Assembly: GCA_965637545.1 (NCBI GenBank)
Contig: OZ281494.1
Coordinates: forward strand, 1,674,001 to 1,738,000
Origin: Phallusia mammillata
Taxonomy: Eukaryota
DNA length: 64,000 nt
Direction of reading: 5' to 3'
A model generated the notes under the pieces. That model worked only from the letters and a program-made list of their open reading frames with translations, made no database searches and had not been told where the DNA came from. Positions 1 through 12,396 of this stretch are shown piece after piece (positions within the stretch are counted from its first letter, which is position 1; the number at the start of each line of letters is the position of its first letter). The translations under genes and the position numbers were made by a program.

Positions 1-524
1 GTTCAGTATTTTCTATGATGAGAAGAGATTATAACGAAGCGAGTCTACAAGCGGCCAGAAGGTATGTCAAGGCAGTCGGTACAATCGAGAAAGAATATGG
101 CCATATCAGGTTTAATCACGCCTGCAAAGCGGCAGATATGTTACCAAAAAGCCTCCGCCTAGCTCCTCCAGACAAATCCAGATCGTCGTTTTTGATAGTT
201 CGCAAGTGTTGCTGGACACTGCTCAAAGACAGAATAACCGATTCGCATCAAAAAATCGGACAACTCAAACTACTCTGCAAAGACTTAAAACTACAACTCA
301 CGAAGGTTTTAACACAGCAATGTATGGATGTGTTGGAACAATATGCTACAAAACGTCAATGGTCGACCACAACCGGATGTTCCATAGTACATGAAAAGAA
401 GCTCCAGGCGCTACAAAAAGATCGGCAGACAAAAACTACGAGGAAAGGTAAAAACTTCAGCAAACAAAGATGGGTCAACAACGTTTCTTCTAAGATTCTA
501 ACCAAAGCGGAACACAGTGTTTTC
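1..524 (+). pseudogene. 3'-truncated copy of the Penelope-like ORF 5' end
   Basis: Identical to 4671-5194 (offset 4670). It breaks after ...GAACACAGTGTTTT into unrelated sequence. Confidence 0.93.
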
Positions 525-1311
525 TAACTTGTGCATAAATTTAGCTGAACGGAGCTAACTGTTTATGACGTCATAAACTGTATTGTGACGATTGCAGTGC
601 CTGTTTTTTCGCATTGTTTGCACATAATAAGCGGATAAAAAGCCTGGCACATATGGTTACTAGACTGCTAATCTTTTTTCCAGTCCCACGAAATCTGTTT
701 TAGCAGTTTAAAAATCAAAATATTTAGCAAAATAGATTGCGGCCGCAGGTTGTGCACCCCTGCGCAAAATTATTACATAGTATATTTTCAGCTTTATGCA
801 AATACGTTTGTTCATGACTGTACAAACATTGGTTGAAACGCTACAATTGTAATTGTTTCAAAAAAACAAGCGTTTGTTGCAACAAAGGCTGAACCACGTT
901 TTTTGTTGATAAAGTCCGAGTGCCAACATTAAACAAAAAGTACTGCAACGACCTAAACATGATCCAAAGTGACCAAAGTTTGGGCGTCAACAGTGCAAAG
1001 TGGGCTGTTTTTGAAAACGTGAATTGCTTTTACTTTTATCGAACGAAGAAATTGTGTCAAGTAACGATTTGCATAATAACGTGGCAGAAACAACAGGCAC
1101 GTGAAAAGTATCTGTGTTTAGTTCCAAAGTATCGAACGGGTACAGATACTGCATATGGCATTGGTATCGGCAAGTCGCACCCCCGGTATTTTTAAAAATC
1201 TGCGCCTGTGCTCATATTACTATTCAGCGTTACTCGGAAACATTTGGCGGGCCGCATAAACTCCTTTGGCGGGCCGCATGCGGCCCGCGTGCCGTAGTTT
1301 GCCCACCCCTG
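521..1311 (-). mobile_element. Truncated hAT MITE (one TIR only); mirror of 30681-31471
   Basis: TIR AGTTTGCCCACCCCTG ends at 1311. The other end was removed by the 4670-bp duplication breakpoint. Confidence 0.85.
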
Positions 1312-2178
1312 GTCTAGGTGGTAATGCAAGGTTTCTGTTTCTAAATCCGTTACCCAATAGTGCTTACAACGCAATAAGCAAATGCTAGCGCCTGCTATGG
1401 AATAACTTGAAAAGTGTAACATTTGGTAAAATCATCTTCAGTTTCTACGAAGTTTAAATTTAATCCACCGCTGATCGCCGGGAGTCAGAGATTCAGTTCG
1501 TGTTTGTCAAGACATTCACCTCAACATCTTTACCATATACCGGCCTTACTCAACTGATACTTTACAATATAAATCTGTCTGCCCGGCTTTCCGTATCAGC
1601 AATGGCTTGTTGTTTTGCCTCTGAGTAATTGTCTTCAAAACACATGCATGTGTGTGGGGAAACATGGCTGCGTGGGAGATCATGCACAACAGTTATCAAA
1701 ACCGTGTATACTTCAACTATTGGTTATTACAATTTATAAAAGTGATCTATCATTGGGATTTGTCGGGCGTTTAGCACTATGAGACTTTAGCAGACGGTAA
1801 TCTGTCGGGAAACAGATTATTACGCTAAAATAACGTATTTTTGTTGATATGTTTGTCATCAGTTATTGTACAAAAATAAAAGCAAAATTAATTCAGAGAT
1901 AAAATTAATGCAATGATTAAGCAGATCCGCGAAAACAACTGATCTCTCACAAGCGTCATTTCAACTCTCGAGTGTAACTGTGTTTAAAACGCCCAAGTTG
2001 AAAAGCAGTGCGTCAAACCAACTAACATCAGTCAAACGAATTTGTGTTATGCCCACAAATATTTTCACAAGTGTTCGTGTTTAATTTCCAAGGTTCAAAT
2101 AAGTGCAATCACTTCTAACACTGTTGAGTTGGACTGTAGTTGATCAATTGGCCAATATATTTTCCTAAACATATAGGA

Positions 2179-2250
2179 TACAGCAGTCGCAAAAACACGA
2201 ATAAGTATACAGCAGTCGCAAAAACACGAATAAGTATACAGCAGTCGCAA
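2179..2250 (+). repeat. 29-bp tandem repeat, about 2.5 copies (also mirrored near 29742-29813 and 34412-34483)
   Basis: Unit TACAGCAGTCGCAAAAACACGAATAAGTA. Confidence 0.85.
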
Positions 2251-2351
2251 ACCTTTTGTCGTAATGGCGATGCTCTACTACAAAGCTTACAGGTGCGGCA
2301 TAAGTGACATGCAACAGTGCTTATGGTTTGATATTGACGGGCTTACAAGTA

Positions 2352-2421
2352 AGCGTGTAGCTGAGTTGGTAGAGTGCGACCCCAGGAAATGCTTTTTGTC
2401 GTGGGTTTGTACTCCACCGCA
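2352..2421 (+). pseudogene. Degenerate tRNA-like sequence / SINE head
   Basis: A-box-like TAGCTGAGTTGG and degenerate B-box GGTTTGTACTCC with tRNA-like spacing. No convincing cloverleaf. Confidence 0.35.
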
Positions 2422-4525
2422 GTTATTACATTTCTAACGTATTGTCACATGAAAATGTTTGCGTTATCGGCTTAATTAGACATATCGCCTTCGACACGCC
2501 TGATTTATCCTTGTTTGGTTTTGTTTAATGTGAACATGAAAATTTTGAACAAGTCATTGATAATTGACACTTACTTTCAGTTTGTCCCTGTAAGCAATAA
2601 ACCAGTAGCGAAATTTCTAAAAACTTGTTTAACCAAATCGCCAATCATCGGGTTGGCGAACAGATTGGGCTGATCATACACTTTCGGTTGTGTCTACTAA
2701 TTGTCTTGAGATGAAGCAAAGTACTTGAAACAAACAAATATTTTCCTTGCAATGTCATGTTATTTTGGTTTGTGTTACCGAAGGTGATTGTGTTTATTAA
2801 AAACTTTTCGTGCTCATATAACCATTCACTAAAGCTAGCGGCTTCAGCAGAATGTTTTACAAGTTACTACATTTGTTTTTAAATTAACTAGCTCTTTGGT
2901 ATATGAAAATGTTTGTACAAAGCTGCAATTCTAATTAAAACTCTGATTGGTGGAAGTCAATTATACGGTTCTTGTTTGTCAGGCTACATCACCTCAACAT
3001 CTTAACCGTACAAAAGGGTTACTTAAATGATGTTTTGCGCTGCACATCTCTTCTAGGCATTTGGCACTAACCATGGCTTGTTGTTTTGCCTCTGAGCAAT
3101 TGACTCCAAAACAGACGCCTGTGTGTGGGAACATTACATTACGTTGCAAAAGCTCTACGTAGGGGATAATGAACAACACTTACCAAATAACGTTTTCACT
3201 GTGAGCTCTGTTAGTAGAGCGCCTCCTCATAGCAGGTTTCTGTTGTTGGTTGGATCTGACTTGTCCTAAGCTTTTCCTGCCTACGCCATGTTGCACGAGC
3301 AAACGTACATTGACTTGGTTTGCAATATTTCATCCTGTATGGCGTGTGCACTGTAGCAAACTAACTAAATCATTATTTAATGTGATTATGTTTAAACCTA
3401 TGTGTTTAGTTCAAGGTGATGTGCAACCCAGACAAGGAACGATCAAGTTAATATGTTTCTGAAAGAATACGACCTCAACGCTTAGTATGTCCAACCTCAC
3501 ATTGTATAGAACTTTTTCAAGGAGAAAACTTGAAAAAAGTTTCAAGGAGAAAAGAGTTACGAAGTAGCGTAACGTTACAGGACTTACATTTCTCTTCTGT
3601 TCTTGGACAGCAATTATGCAGCACAACGCGACACACAGAGTGAACTTCCACACTCAAGTGTTGGCCTCGTCAAGAGATCGCACACGGCTGCTGCATTCGA
3701 AGTTCCAACCTCAGCCCCAAGCAAAATGTGGATAAAAAATCGACCCAAAAAATTATCTAACCCTGTTCTCCAAAAATGTTGTTAATGAGATTAATGATTA
3801 AGCTGAAATGATTTACCGCTTTCACTGTGATTTTCACTTTATGCCGATCATACGATGTTTAGATACGGACGAATATCACGCTTTCTATGTATTGCTAAAT
3901 ACTTCTGTTGTCTGATGGACAGAGACCGTTTCAGCAGACAATGTTATTGTTGTAATAAGCGTGTGTCGCTTTGCACAATCACCGATTACCAAATAAAGCT
4001 TTCCGCATAAGAAGCAACAACCCTGATGATGTCCTTGATTTTGTGAATTTTGAAGTATGAGCGCCACCATCTACATGCAAAGCGCCATTTACGTTGTACC
4101 GCAGAGCGCAACGTATTTGCTAATTATGACGTTGATTCCGATGCAAGTCGGACTGTCACATCGACGTGTGGATACTTCTCGGCCAGAAAACGAACGCTGC
4201 AAACCGGCGGTTTTATGTGCGGTTCCTGGGTATTTGCAAAGTTTAAGTTTAATTTTCTAATAGTCGAAAAGATTGGTCTTTGAAAGTTGCCTCATAAATT
4301 CTAATTCAAATGTTTTAAACCGTAACGACGGCAAAAACCTCAGCCCAGTTTTCCGCGACATTTTGCGTTCGACTTCCTCTTCAAATATCGGGCATTAGTT
4401 ACGCACTGTCACAATATAGCACACTCAACCCATCACGATAAGCCTTTGTTCTCTTATAATTACTTTACGTTATATCCCGCTGCGCTTGTGCATTTTCGCC
4501 TGTTATGCTTGCACTATATCGTTCA

Positions 4526-4571
4526 TTGCTCTGATAAAGCCCTACCGTTCTGGTGGGCGAAACGTTAGCGA
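4526..4571 (+). ncRNA. Hammerhead copy in the 5' pLTR with a core mutation (CUGAUAA)
   Basis: Same as 7203-7248 except A at 4536 where 7213 has G (G8 of the core). Confidence 0.75.
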
Positions 4572-4645
4572 AATACAAGTTCTTAAAAACAACAATTAGT
4601 ATTTTGTTCAGCATTACACCAGTTGAACGACAAGTTTGTTTAAAT

Positions 4646-7075
4646 ATGCAACCTGGTGGACGAAACGCCTGTTCAGTATTTTCTATGATGAGAAGAGATT
4701 ATAACGAAGCGAGTCTACAAGCGGCCAGAAGGTATGTCAAGGCAGTCGGTACAATCGAGAAAGAATATGGCCATATCAGGTTTAATCACGCCTGCAAAGC
4801 GGCAGATATGTTACCAAAAAGCCTCCGCCTAGCTCCTCCAGACAAATCCAGATCGTCGTTTTTGATAGTTCGCAAGTGTTGCTGGACACTGCTCAAAGAC
4901 AGAATAACCGATTCGCATCAAAAAATCGGACAACTCAAACTACTCTGCAAAGACTTAAAACTACAACTCACGAAGGTTTTAACACAGCAATGTATGGATG
5001 TGTTGGAACAATATGCTACAAAACGTCAATGGTCGACCACAACCGGATGTTCCATAGTACATGAAAAGAAGCTCCAGGCGCTACAAAAAGATCGGCAGAC
5101 AAAAACTACGAGGAAAGGTAAAAACTTCAGCAAACAAAGATGGGTCAACAACGTTTCTTCTAAGATTCTAACCAAAGCGGAACACAGTGTTTTGGAAAAA
5201 GGCCACGGTTTCGCAATTGCACCCAAGAAGGTTCCTGTCCTAGAAATGGTTGGTGCCGCAGAGGCGGGTCTACTAGGGCTCGCTAACGACGATGCAGCTG
5301 CCGCGGATTTGGCTAGGAGTCGGATTGCGCAGGTTTTGAAGAAATCCACGGCACCCAAGCCAAATTTGTCTCCGGAAGAGACCCGCGCCCTAAGTGATCT
5401 GCGAAAGGATGAATCGGTGACAATCTTGAAAGCGGACAAAGGAAATTGCACAGTGGTTATGGATAGGAAACAATATGAACACAAGGCACAAGCACTTTTG
5501 GACGACAGCTCGGTATACCTACGATTGACAAAAAATCCACTCAAGGGCATAGAACGGGAACTAAACAAGTTCATTTGGAAACTACGCACGAACAACTGTC
5601 TCACCGACCAAGAATACCGTCACCTCAGAAGCACAGACGGACTTCTTCCAAAGTTTTACGGTTTGCCGAAGATTCATAAGGATAATATCCCTTTGCGACC
5701 TATTGTTTCTTTCGAAAACTCACCCACTTATAGTTTATCAAAATTTCTCGCCGCCATAATCTCGCCTATCGTTGGTCGTTCCGGTTACACAATTAAAAAC
5801 TCTTTGGATTTTTTAGACACTATTTCGAATTTTAATATAAAACCAAGCGAATGCCAAGTTTATTTTGATGTTGTCAGTTTGTTTACGTCCATACCTACCG
5901 ATTTGGCACTTTCGATCACTCTGGACAAACTCAAACACGACACTACACTACACGAACGCACCGGGTTAGATCTTTCTCACATACAAACAGCTTTACAGAA
6001 TTGCCTTAACGCAACAGTTTTTACTTACAGAGACACAATATACAAACAAATCTTTGTTACACCCATGGGCTCTCCTATTTCAGCTATTCTTGCTAATCTC
6101 ACTATGGAACACATAGAGCAGAAGGCACTTGCAACTTTCCACACACCGCCACGTCTATGGCTTCGATACGTTGATGACACATACGTCATTATCGACAGAA
6201 ACATGGTCTACACATTTCACACACACCTGAACACCATATCACCTACAATAGCTTTCACCATGGAAACCGAACAACACGATACCATTGCGTTTTTAGATGT
6301 GGCTGTTACCAGGCAGCCAGATCAAAAGCTCATCACTGGCATATACAAGAAGCCCACGAACACTGACCGCCACCTACACTACACGTCTCACCATCCACGG
6401 CACCAAAAACTTACAGTCGCCAAAACGCTTTACAACAGAGCCACAACTCACATCAAGGATACGGTTCTTCACAAACACGAATGCAAAAATATTGCACGCG
6501 TGTTAAAGAATAACGGTTTCCCGCGTAACTTACACCACTTGACCCATAACACAACCACCTTACAAAACAGACAGTTTAAATCATTCACATGCTTACCGTA
6601 TGTCCAGGGTGTATCGGAGCGCCTAAAACGTATCCTGAATGATGCTGGGGTAAAAGTGGCAATGAAACCTTTTAAAACTATTGGGCAGTTACTACCAAAA
6701 CCAAAAGATGCCACTATACCACAACATCGTACAGGAGTTGTTTACCAGTTCCCTTGCCGTGATTGTGATATGGTATACATTGGTCAAACTAAGCGGAATC
6801 TAAATTCACGTCTCAAGGAACACAAAGTGGCAGTCAGAAACATGGATGTTAACAAGTCCGCCTTATGCGAACACGTTTTTGTATGTGATCACCGCATAAA
6901 TTGGAACGATGCCCAAGTTTTGAAACAGGAACCTAATTGGTCGAAAAGATTGGTCTTTGAAAGTTGCCTCATAAATTCTAATTCAAATGTTTTAAACCGT
7001 AACGACGGCAAAAACCTCAGCCCAGTTTTCCGCGACATTTTGCGTTCGACTTCCTCTTCAAATATCGGGCATTAG
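4646..7075 (+). CDS. PLE polyprotein: reverse transcriptase + GIY-YIG endonuclease
   Basis: RT motifs FDVVSLFT, PMGSPIS, RYVDDT; endonuclease GVVYQFPCRDCDMVYIGQT...RLKEH with Cys/His residues. The first ATG (4646) lies just after the pLTR; the track's 4553 start is a GTG inside the ribozyme. Confidence 0.93.
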   Translation: MQPGGRNACSVFSMMRRDYNEASLQAARRYVKAVGTIEKEYGHIRFNHACKAADMLPKSLRLAPPDKSRSSFLIVRKCCWTLLKDRITDSHQKIGQLKLLCKDLKLQLTKVLTQQCMDVLEQYATKRQWSTTTGCSIVHEKKLQALQKDRQTKTTRKGKNFSKQRWVNNVSSKILTKAEHSVLEKGHGFAIAPKKVPVLEMVGAAEAGLLGLANDDAAAADLARSRIAQVLKKSTAPKPNLSPEETRALSDLRKDESVTILKADKGNCTVVMDRKQYEHKAQALLDDSSVYLRLTKNPLKGIERELNKFIWKLRTNNCLTDQEYRHLRSTDGLLPKFYGLPKIHKDNIPLRPIVSFENSPTYSLSKFLAAIISPIVGRSGYTIKNSLDFLDTISNFNIKPSECQVYFDVVSLFTSIPTDLALSITLDKLKHDTTLHERTGLDLSHIQTALQNCLNATVFTYRDTIYKQIFVTPMGSPISAILANLTMEHIEQKALATFHTPPRLWLRYVDDTYVIIDRNMVYTFHTHLNTISPTIAFTMETEQHDTIAFLDVAVTRQPDQKLITGIYKKPTNTDRHLHYTSHHPRHQKLTVAKTLYNRATTHIKDTVLHKHECKNIARVLKNNGFPRNLHHLTHNTTTLQNRQFKSFTCLPYVQGVSERLKRILNDAGVKVAMKPFKTIGQLLPKPKDATIPQHRTGVVYQFPCRDCDMVYIGQTKRNLNSRLKEHKVAVRNMDVNKSALCEHVFVCDHRINWNDAQVLKQEPNWSKRLVFESCLINSNSNVLNRNDGKNLSPVFRDILRSTSSSNIGH

Positions 7076-7202
7076 TTACGCACTGTCACAATATAGCACA
7101 CTCAACCCATCACGATAAGCCTTTGTTCTCTTATAATTACTTTACGTTATATCCCGCTGCGCTTGTGCATTTTCGCCTGTTATGCTTGCACTATATCGTT
7201 CA

Positions 7203-7248
7203 TTGCTCTGATGAAGCCCTACCGTTCTGGTGGGCGAAACGTTAGCGA
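7203..7248 (+). ncRNA. Minimal type I hammerhead ribozyme in the 3' pLTR (intact core)
   Basis: TTGCT-CTGATGA-A-GCCC-TACCGTTCTGGT-GGGC-GAAA-CGTT-AGCGA: CUGAUGA box, stem II hairpin, GAAA box, palindromic AACGTT in place of stem III, stem I GCT/AGC. Minimal hammerheads are known from PLE pLTRs. Confidence 0.85.
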
Positions 7249-8273
7249 AATACAAGTTCTTAAAAACAACAATTAGTATTTTGTTCAGCATTACACCAGT
7301 TGAACGACAAATTTGTTTAAGTACCCTATGGCCGCATACAGTGGAAGTGTTCATTGTGAGCAATGCAATACAAATAAAATACTGATATGCTTCTTTGCTG
7401 ATTTAACTTTGATAAAGTAACGATTTTTACAGATGTTGTGTACATTACTATTTCACTAGTTAATGTTTAAATGAAGGAATTCGCCCAAAAATGAATGCTC
7501 TTTACCTTTGAACATTAATCACTCAGTCTCATTGCACATACGTCACACTCGTTCAATATCACGCGCCTGTAACATGTTATCGCCGCAGTGGTTCTCAGTA
7601 CAAAGAGGAAAATGTGCATCTGACGTGACAAGAATGAACTGCCATGACACAACAGTATTGCAGGCGATGACGTTGGTTGATGTGTTTTTATCGACAAATT
7701 TCCGGGAGTTTAACGTCTACTGCTGCCCAGAGACAGTCGGATGAGAGGAACTCGGTATGTTTTTCAGTGACGTGGAATCGCTTTGAAGTGAAATTACTAC
7801 TAAATCACATTGCACAATAAAAGCCACAACACATAATAGAGTGCAGAATTTAAAAAGAAATCGAAGTGTAATAGTCCATAACACTAAACAAATTTTGGTA
7901 TTCTTGAAAGAATAATGGAGTTTTACCTGTAAAAAGTGAATTAACACATCTTAGACATCATATTTAAATCGACACTGTTTGCGCCAAAAAGTTTTAAATG
8001 TCTGCTGACACAGCAGGTGTGTAATCCCAATTTCAAACACAGATTCTTTTCGACTAAAACACAAATTTACGCGAAAGTTCAATTTTAGAGTTAAATCATC
8101 TGCCAATTGACACATTACAGTACAGTACAAGAAAGATAAGCAAAAATGCCAAATACATGAATGCAGCTTTCATGCAATGTTATAGAAGACAGGTTTATAT
8201 CAAGGTGACGAAGATCTTAGTATTAAGTACTCAACAAGTTTGAACGAATCGACAAAAAAGACTTTCACGCAAG

Positions 8274-11200
8274 TCACCCCCTAAAAGTTTGTCCTGTTAC
8301 TTGTGAATCAGACCCAACATCAGCTTCACGCTTGCACGGTAAAACTTCCTTTCTGACGTCATCATCAATGACACAATACAACAGAAAGACGACGATACCC
8401 TGCGATCCGTTAACCAAGCTGTGGATGTACATGAACACCTCGTTCGAAATCTCGTTGCCAATTCCTGCAGAAAAGAAAGGGTGCTTAACATTTATTGATG
8501 TAACTTTACATTGATGTAATTAATTTGTTAGTAATTCGAAACACACAATGTACAATTATTACCTGTGAAAAAAGCAAAAATCCAAGTTCCACCAAGCATG
8601 AGGAAGAGTAAGATGAAAGACTTTGATGCTCTTAATGCATCTCCTGTCCCCGGATCTTCTCCTCCGTTTCGCATCCGTCTCGAGTTCAGCATCACATGTG
8701 TTGTCTTCAGGATAATGATCAGGTTGATGAAGAGGACAAGAGCAAGAGGAGCGATGACCGTTGTGTAGAAGATCGGAGTACCGGGCACCAACCAGCATCG
8801 GTCGTATTTTTGAACCTGTATCAATTGGTTACACTGCTCGTTTAGCGGTTGGGGCTTCATGTAGATTCCCATGACAAACCCCACAGTAGTAGATATTCCC
8901 ACTAATAGAGCGGGAATAAGCCAGCCAGTGAGCATAAAAACCCTGAGACGTTTCGTTGAATCCTGAGTTTGAAACTCGACTGGAAAGGAAGTGGCCATAA
9001 ACAGACGAATTCCTTCGACCAGAGACCACATTCCTGAAACAAACGATTCAATCGATCACAAACAAATCTTTTAAGGGTTGAATTATGTGGTTAGTTATTT
9101 ACCTGCACAGAGTAATAAATATTGATTGGCTGCTGTGTGAATCACGCATGGAATCTCGTGCATCACGGCAAGATCATGGGATAGGTTGACTGCGTGGAAG
9201 AGTAGCAGAGCCATTGACAAGCTGATTTGAACCGGAACCCGATCAATGTTTTGTTTCGATTTGTATAGGATTACTATGGTGGCAATCAGAAATACGACTG
9301 ATGTTGATTCTGTGGCGTAAGATGTGATCTGAAATAAAATATTGCGTAATCATGTGCTGTTTGTTAAGATGACATTTGAATCTTTAAACTTTACATTCTA
9401 AAATAAAATATTTCTTAATAGTGAGCCATTCTTTAAATTACTTATTTGAATCTTTACCTTGATGCCCTTTGGTATGGTGGTGGTCTCGACAGCCAGCAGA
9501 ACAGTGAACAAGGTGAGATGGTGGCATTTGCAAGTGACGTTGCCTGTTACGTCATCAGTAATTGTGGCGCAACCACGATCTGAATACTTATCTTCAACTC
9601 TGTCGAAGTAGAGACAAATTGGTTTCATTTTGTTGATAATAAGGTTTGCATTGCTGATCTTTCCCAATTTGATTTTCTTGCAGACGGATTCTAGTGACAT
9701 TGGAGATACGGTGAAATTTGCTTTTCCTTGAAGATGATTGTTTTCCTCGTTGCTGGTTGAATGGTTGCTGGATATGGGTTCAAAGCTATCTGCATTGCGA
9801 CCAACAATATTAATAAAGGTGGTGTTCAATGCAGCTTCATACTTTGTTGTTGTCAGGGAGCCGACTTTGAGAGGTTGAATCTGTGCTGTTTCGGTTGTGT
9901 TTATCTGAAAGACATACACATCAATAACGATGCGTTGAACCCCGTTTGTCTGCAATGAGATGTCAATCTTAGATGATCCCAGCTGTATAGTCGAGTTATA
10001 TGTCTCTTGGTTGATGCTGGTAACAACGATGTACAGTTGAGCTTCTCCGTAATCATAAGTTGTTCCGTTGGTTTCAGCATGATTTTGGGAAAATATTCCA
10101 ATTTGTTTTGCAATGTTTTTGATTTCTCCAGTATTTGCTAAATTCTTATTTCGGAATCGTTGGAGGAATGACAGGGCTGCAAAAAACAACTCCGTTAAAA
10201 AATATATATAACGACTAGCTCGTTACTTTTATAAGACAAACACTTTTTTATCCTTAACTGCAAAACGTGCTTATACTACAATTCATTGTCACTTGTTGAG
10301 TCATTTCACATCAGAAAAAGATGTACATTAGGTATGGACAAAAGTATTTGAAAAAGGATTGAAAGCTGCATTTTTAATATTCTTTACACCAGGAAATCTT
10401 TTGTGTTTCAGTTCATGCATATTAGAACACTCACGTTTCACTTGACAAGCATAGTAAGCCGGTTCACCACTACAGTTCATGCTTGACTGCTTCCATCCGA
10501 TCCCATAATGCAACATTCCCTGCTGGCAAGATGTGACGTTGGAAACAGGAAAGTTTGCCGGAGATCCATCGCTCCAATACCAACCATTCAACGACGTGTT
10601 GTAACGAGCTCCAACAAACACTTTAACTTCTAGAAAGAAGGTAAATGCTTTTTGACATGAGAGCAGATGTATTACTATTTAAGATCAAACGCTCACTTGG
10701 TGCCAGGAATGATCCATCATATGTAGTAAAGTTTTCAAACGATTCATTGACACTTCGCAGTTTGCTTCCATACATTTCACCGATGCTTCTGTAGCTGAAT
10801 ATTTCGTGTTGACGTTTCCTTGATTTAGCGTCGAAAAACAAGGAATATCGTAGGTTCCATCCCGCATATATTTGTATGTGAGATACAAGACATTAAATAA
10901 AAAAGATTTTGTATCAAAACCTGACAAACCCAAAACATAAACTGTACATAATATGTTTTGGCAATAATATATTTTTGTGGTCCAACAAACTTTACTGAGG
11001 TAATAAAAACCAACCGGCCCAATCTCCATGAGGTAAAAGTCCGTCACAATTTCTTCCAATAGACACAAACCACTTTTCCATTTCAGGATTCCTGTCTTTC
11101 CAAGCCTCGCAGAAGTAAATTGGTTCCATCGCGTTTTCGAGATTCCTGTTCGAAAAAATTTAGGTTAATTGATAGTGACAAGTTTATAACTATCTGGTTT

Positions 11201-12014
11201 TAACCCTTATAGTAGTGATTTTGCTTTAATTTTTTGTTTTCTAAGGTTAACATTCAACTTTATAGACCGCTAATTCTCGAGTTGATGAAACGGGCCGCTA
11301 TGAACACATAACTGAAAAATTTTAGCCGCTGATCCAAATGATCATGAAAAGTTTATAATTATCTGCTTTTTACGTTTTGTACAAGTCGAAATACCACAGA
11401 TGTCCGAGAGATTTTGTACTTTTCCAGAAATCCACTTCAGCCGAACTACATGAGTATTTGCATCGTTCATATGTGTCCGGGTCAAAGAAAATATAAACCC
11501 GCTGCAAATCTGAAACAACGTTTTGTTGGGATAGGCAGTTAAGTCGTTTTGTTGTACTTTGTTGCCGAGCCTTAAAATTGTATACCAATATGCCAACCTT
11601 TCGTGTATTTGTCTGTCATGAGTTGAGTGAGAGTTGTGTTGATCTGTGGGTCATCAGTCATTGCAAGACTTCCACCCAGCAAAGAACATTTCTCCTGTGC
11701 AGTGTTTGCATCCACAAGATCGTCAGATAATATCAGCACACTGTCCTTCACTGCTTGCATCGTTTTGTTGCAACCTGGAAAACACCTCGTTGTTGCACTG
11801 TTTTCTGCAATTGTTTTGTCTAATAAGTTGTTAAACGCAACACCAGGCTTGAGTTCGGACAGTTGGCACAATTAATTGCAAAATTGGCAAAATTAAATTG
11901 CCCAACAAACGAATATTAACACTTTTAGTGGTAACACTTACGTTTAGTTTGTCCGTATACATTGTGAATCATCAGGAACAAAATCACAAACTTGCTGATG
12001 GAAAGCCCAGTCAT
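8274..12014 (-). CDS. Adhesion GPCR with split C-type-lectin-like N-terminal module (mirror copy of 19978-23718)
   Basis: Reverse complement of the + strand gene in the right arm; the ORF translations are identical. Confidence 0.85.
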
Positions 12015-12396
12015 CACGTTTGTCACAATGATCACATATACGGCCACTTTCTACTTGCCATTACTATTTGCTGCAGAAGTAGAAGACACGTTGTGTTTCA
12101 CTGGCTGCAATTATAACATAAACTTTGAGCTCACAGGTGGGCTGTGGACGTTTCAGTCTGTCCTGACGCTTTGGTGTGCTGTATTCTGGCTATAGCCAAT
12201 ACGGTCAATGTATTGTAACCAGCTGAACCGATTCGCCCTCATTTTCTCGCAATACTGCTTTGCTTCCGGACCAAGTGAACACAAGTGAACTGGACATTGT
12301 CTGTGCTTAAACTTTGTAACCAATGTAAGTTATTTTACAACAGGGAAGCTAAAATGCACAACACTTGATTTAAAATCTCCATGCAATGTGCTATGC

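Larger units (their letters stand above)
4263..7320 (+). mobile_element. Full-length Penelope-like element (PLE) with direct pseudo-LTRs 4263-4643 and 6940-7320
   Basis: 381-bp direct repeats (offset 2677) that duplicate the ORF 3' end plus 3'UTR, flanking an RT+GIY-YIG ORF. This is the typical PLE layout. Confidence 0.95.

Noticed and set aside
561-578. 18-bp palindrome GTTTATGACGTCATAAAC containing a CRE-like TGACGTCA
   Set aside because: It lies inside the hAT MITE, its copies arise only from the duplications, and there is no evidence for a regulatory role.
2352-2421. Functional tRNA gene
   Set aside because: The B-box is degenerate and the acceptor and anticodon stems do not pair convincingly; kept only as a low-confidence tRNA-derived remnant.
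4553-4645. N-terminal extension MGETLAKYK... of the PLE ORF
   Set aside because: It starts at a GTG inside the hammerhead/pLTR. The first ATG at 4646, just past the pLTR, is the more plausible start.
5026-5604. 192-aa antisense ORF (and its mirror at 26388-26966)
   Set aside because: Shadow ORF opposite the PLE coding sequence, with no recognisable motifs.
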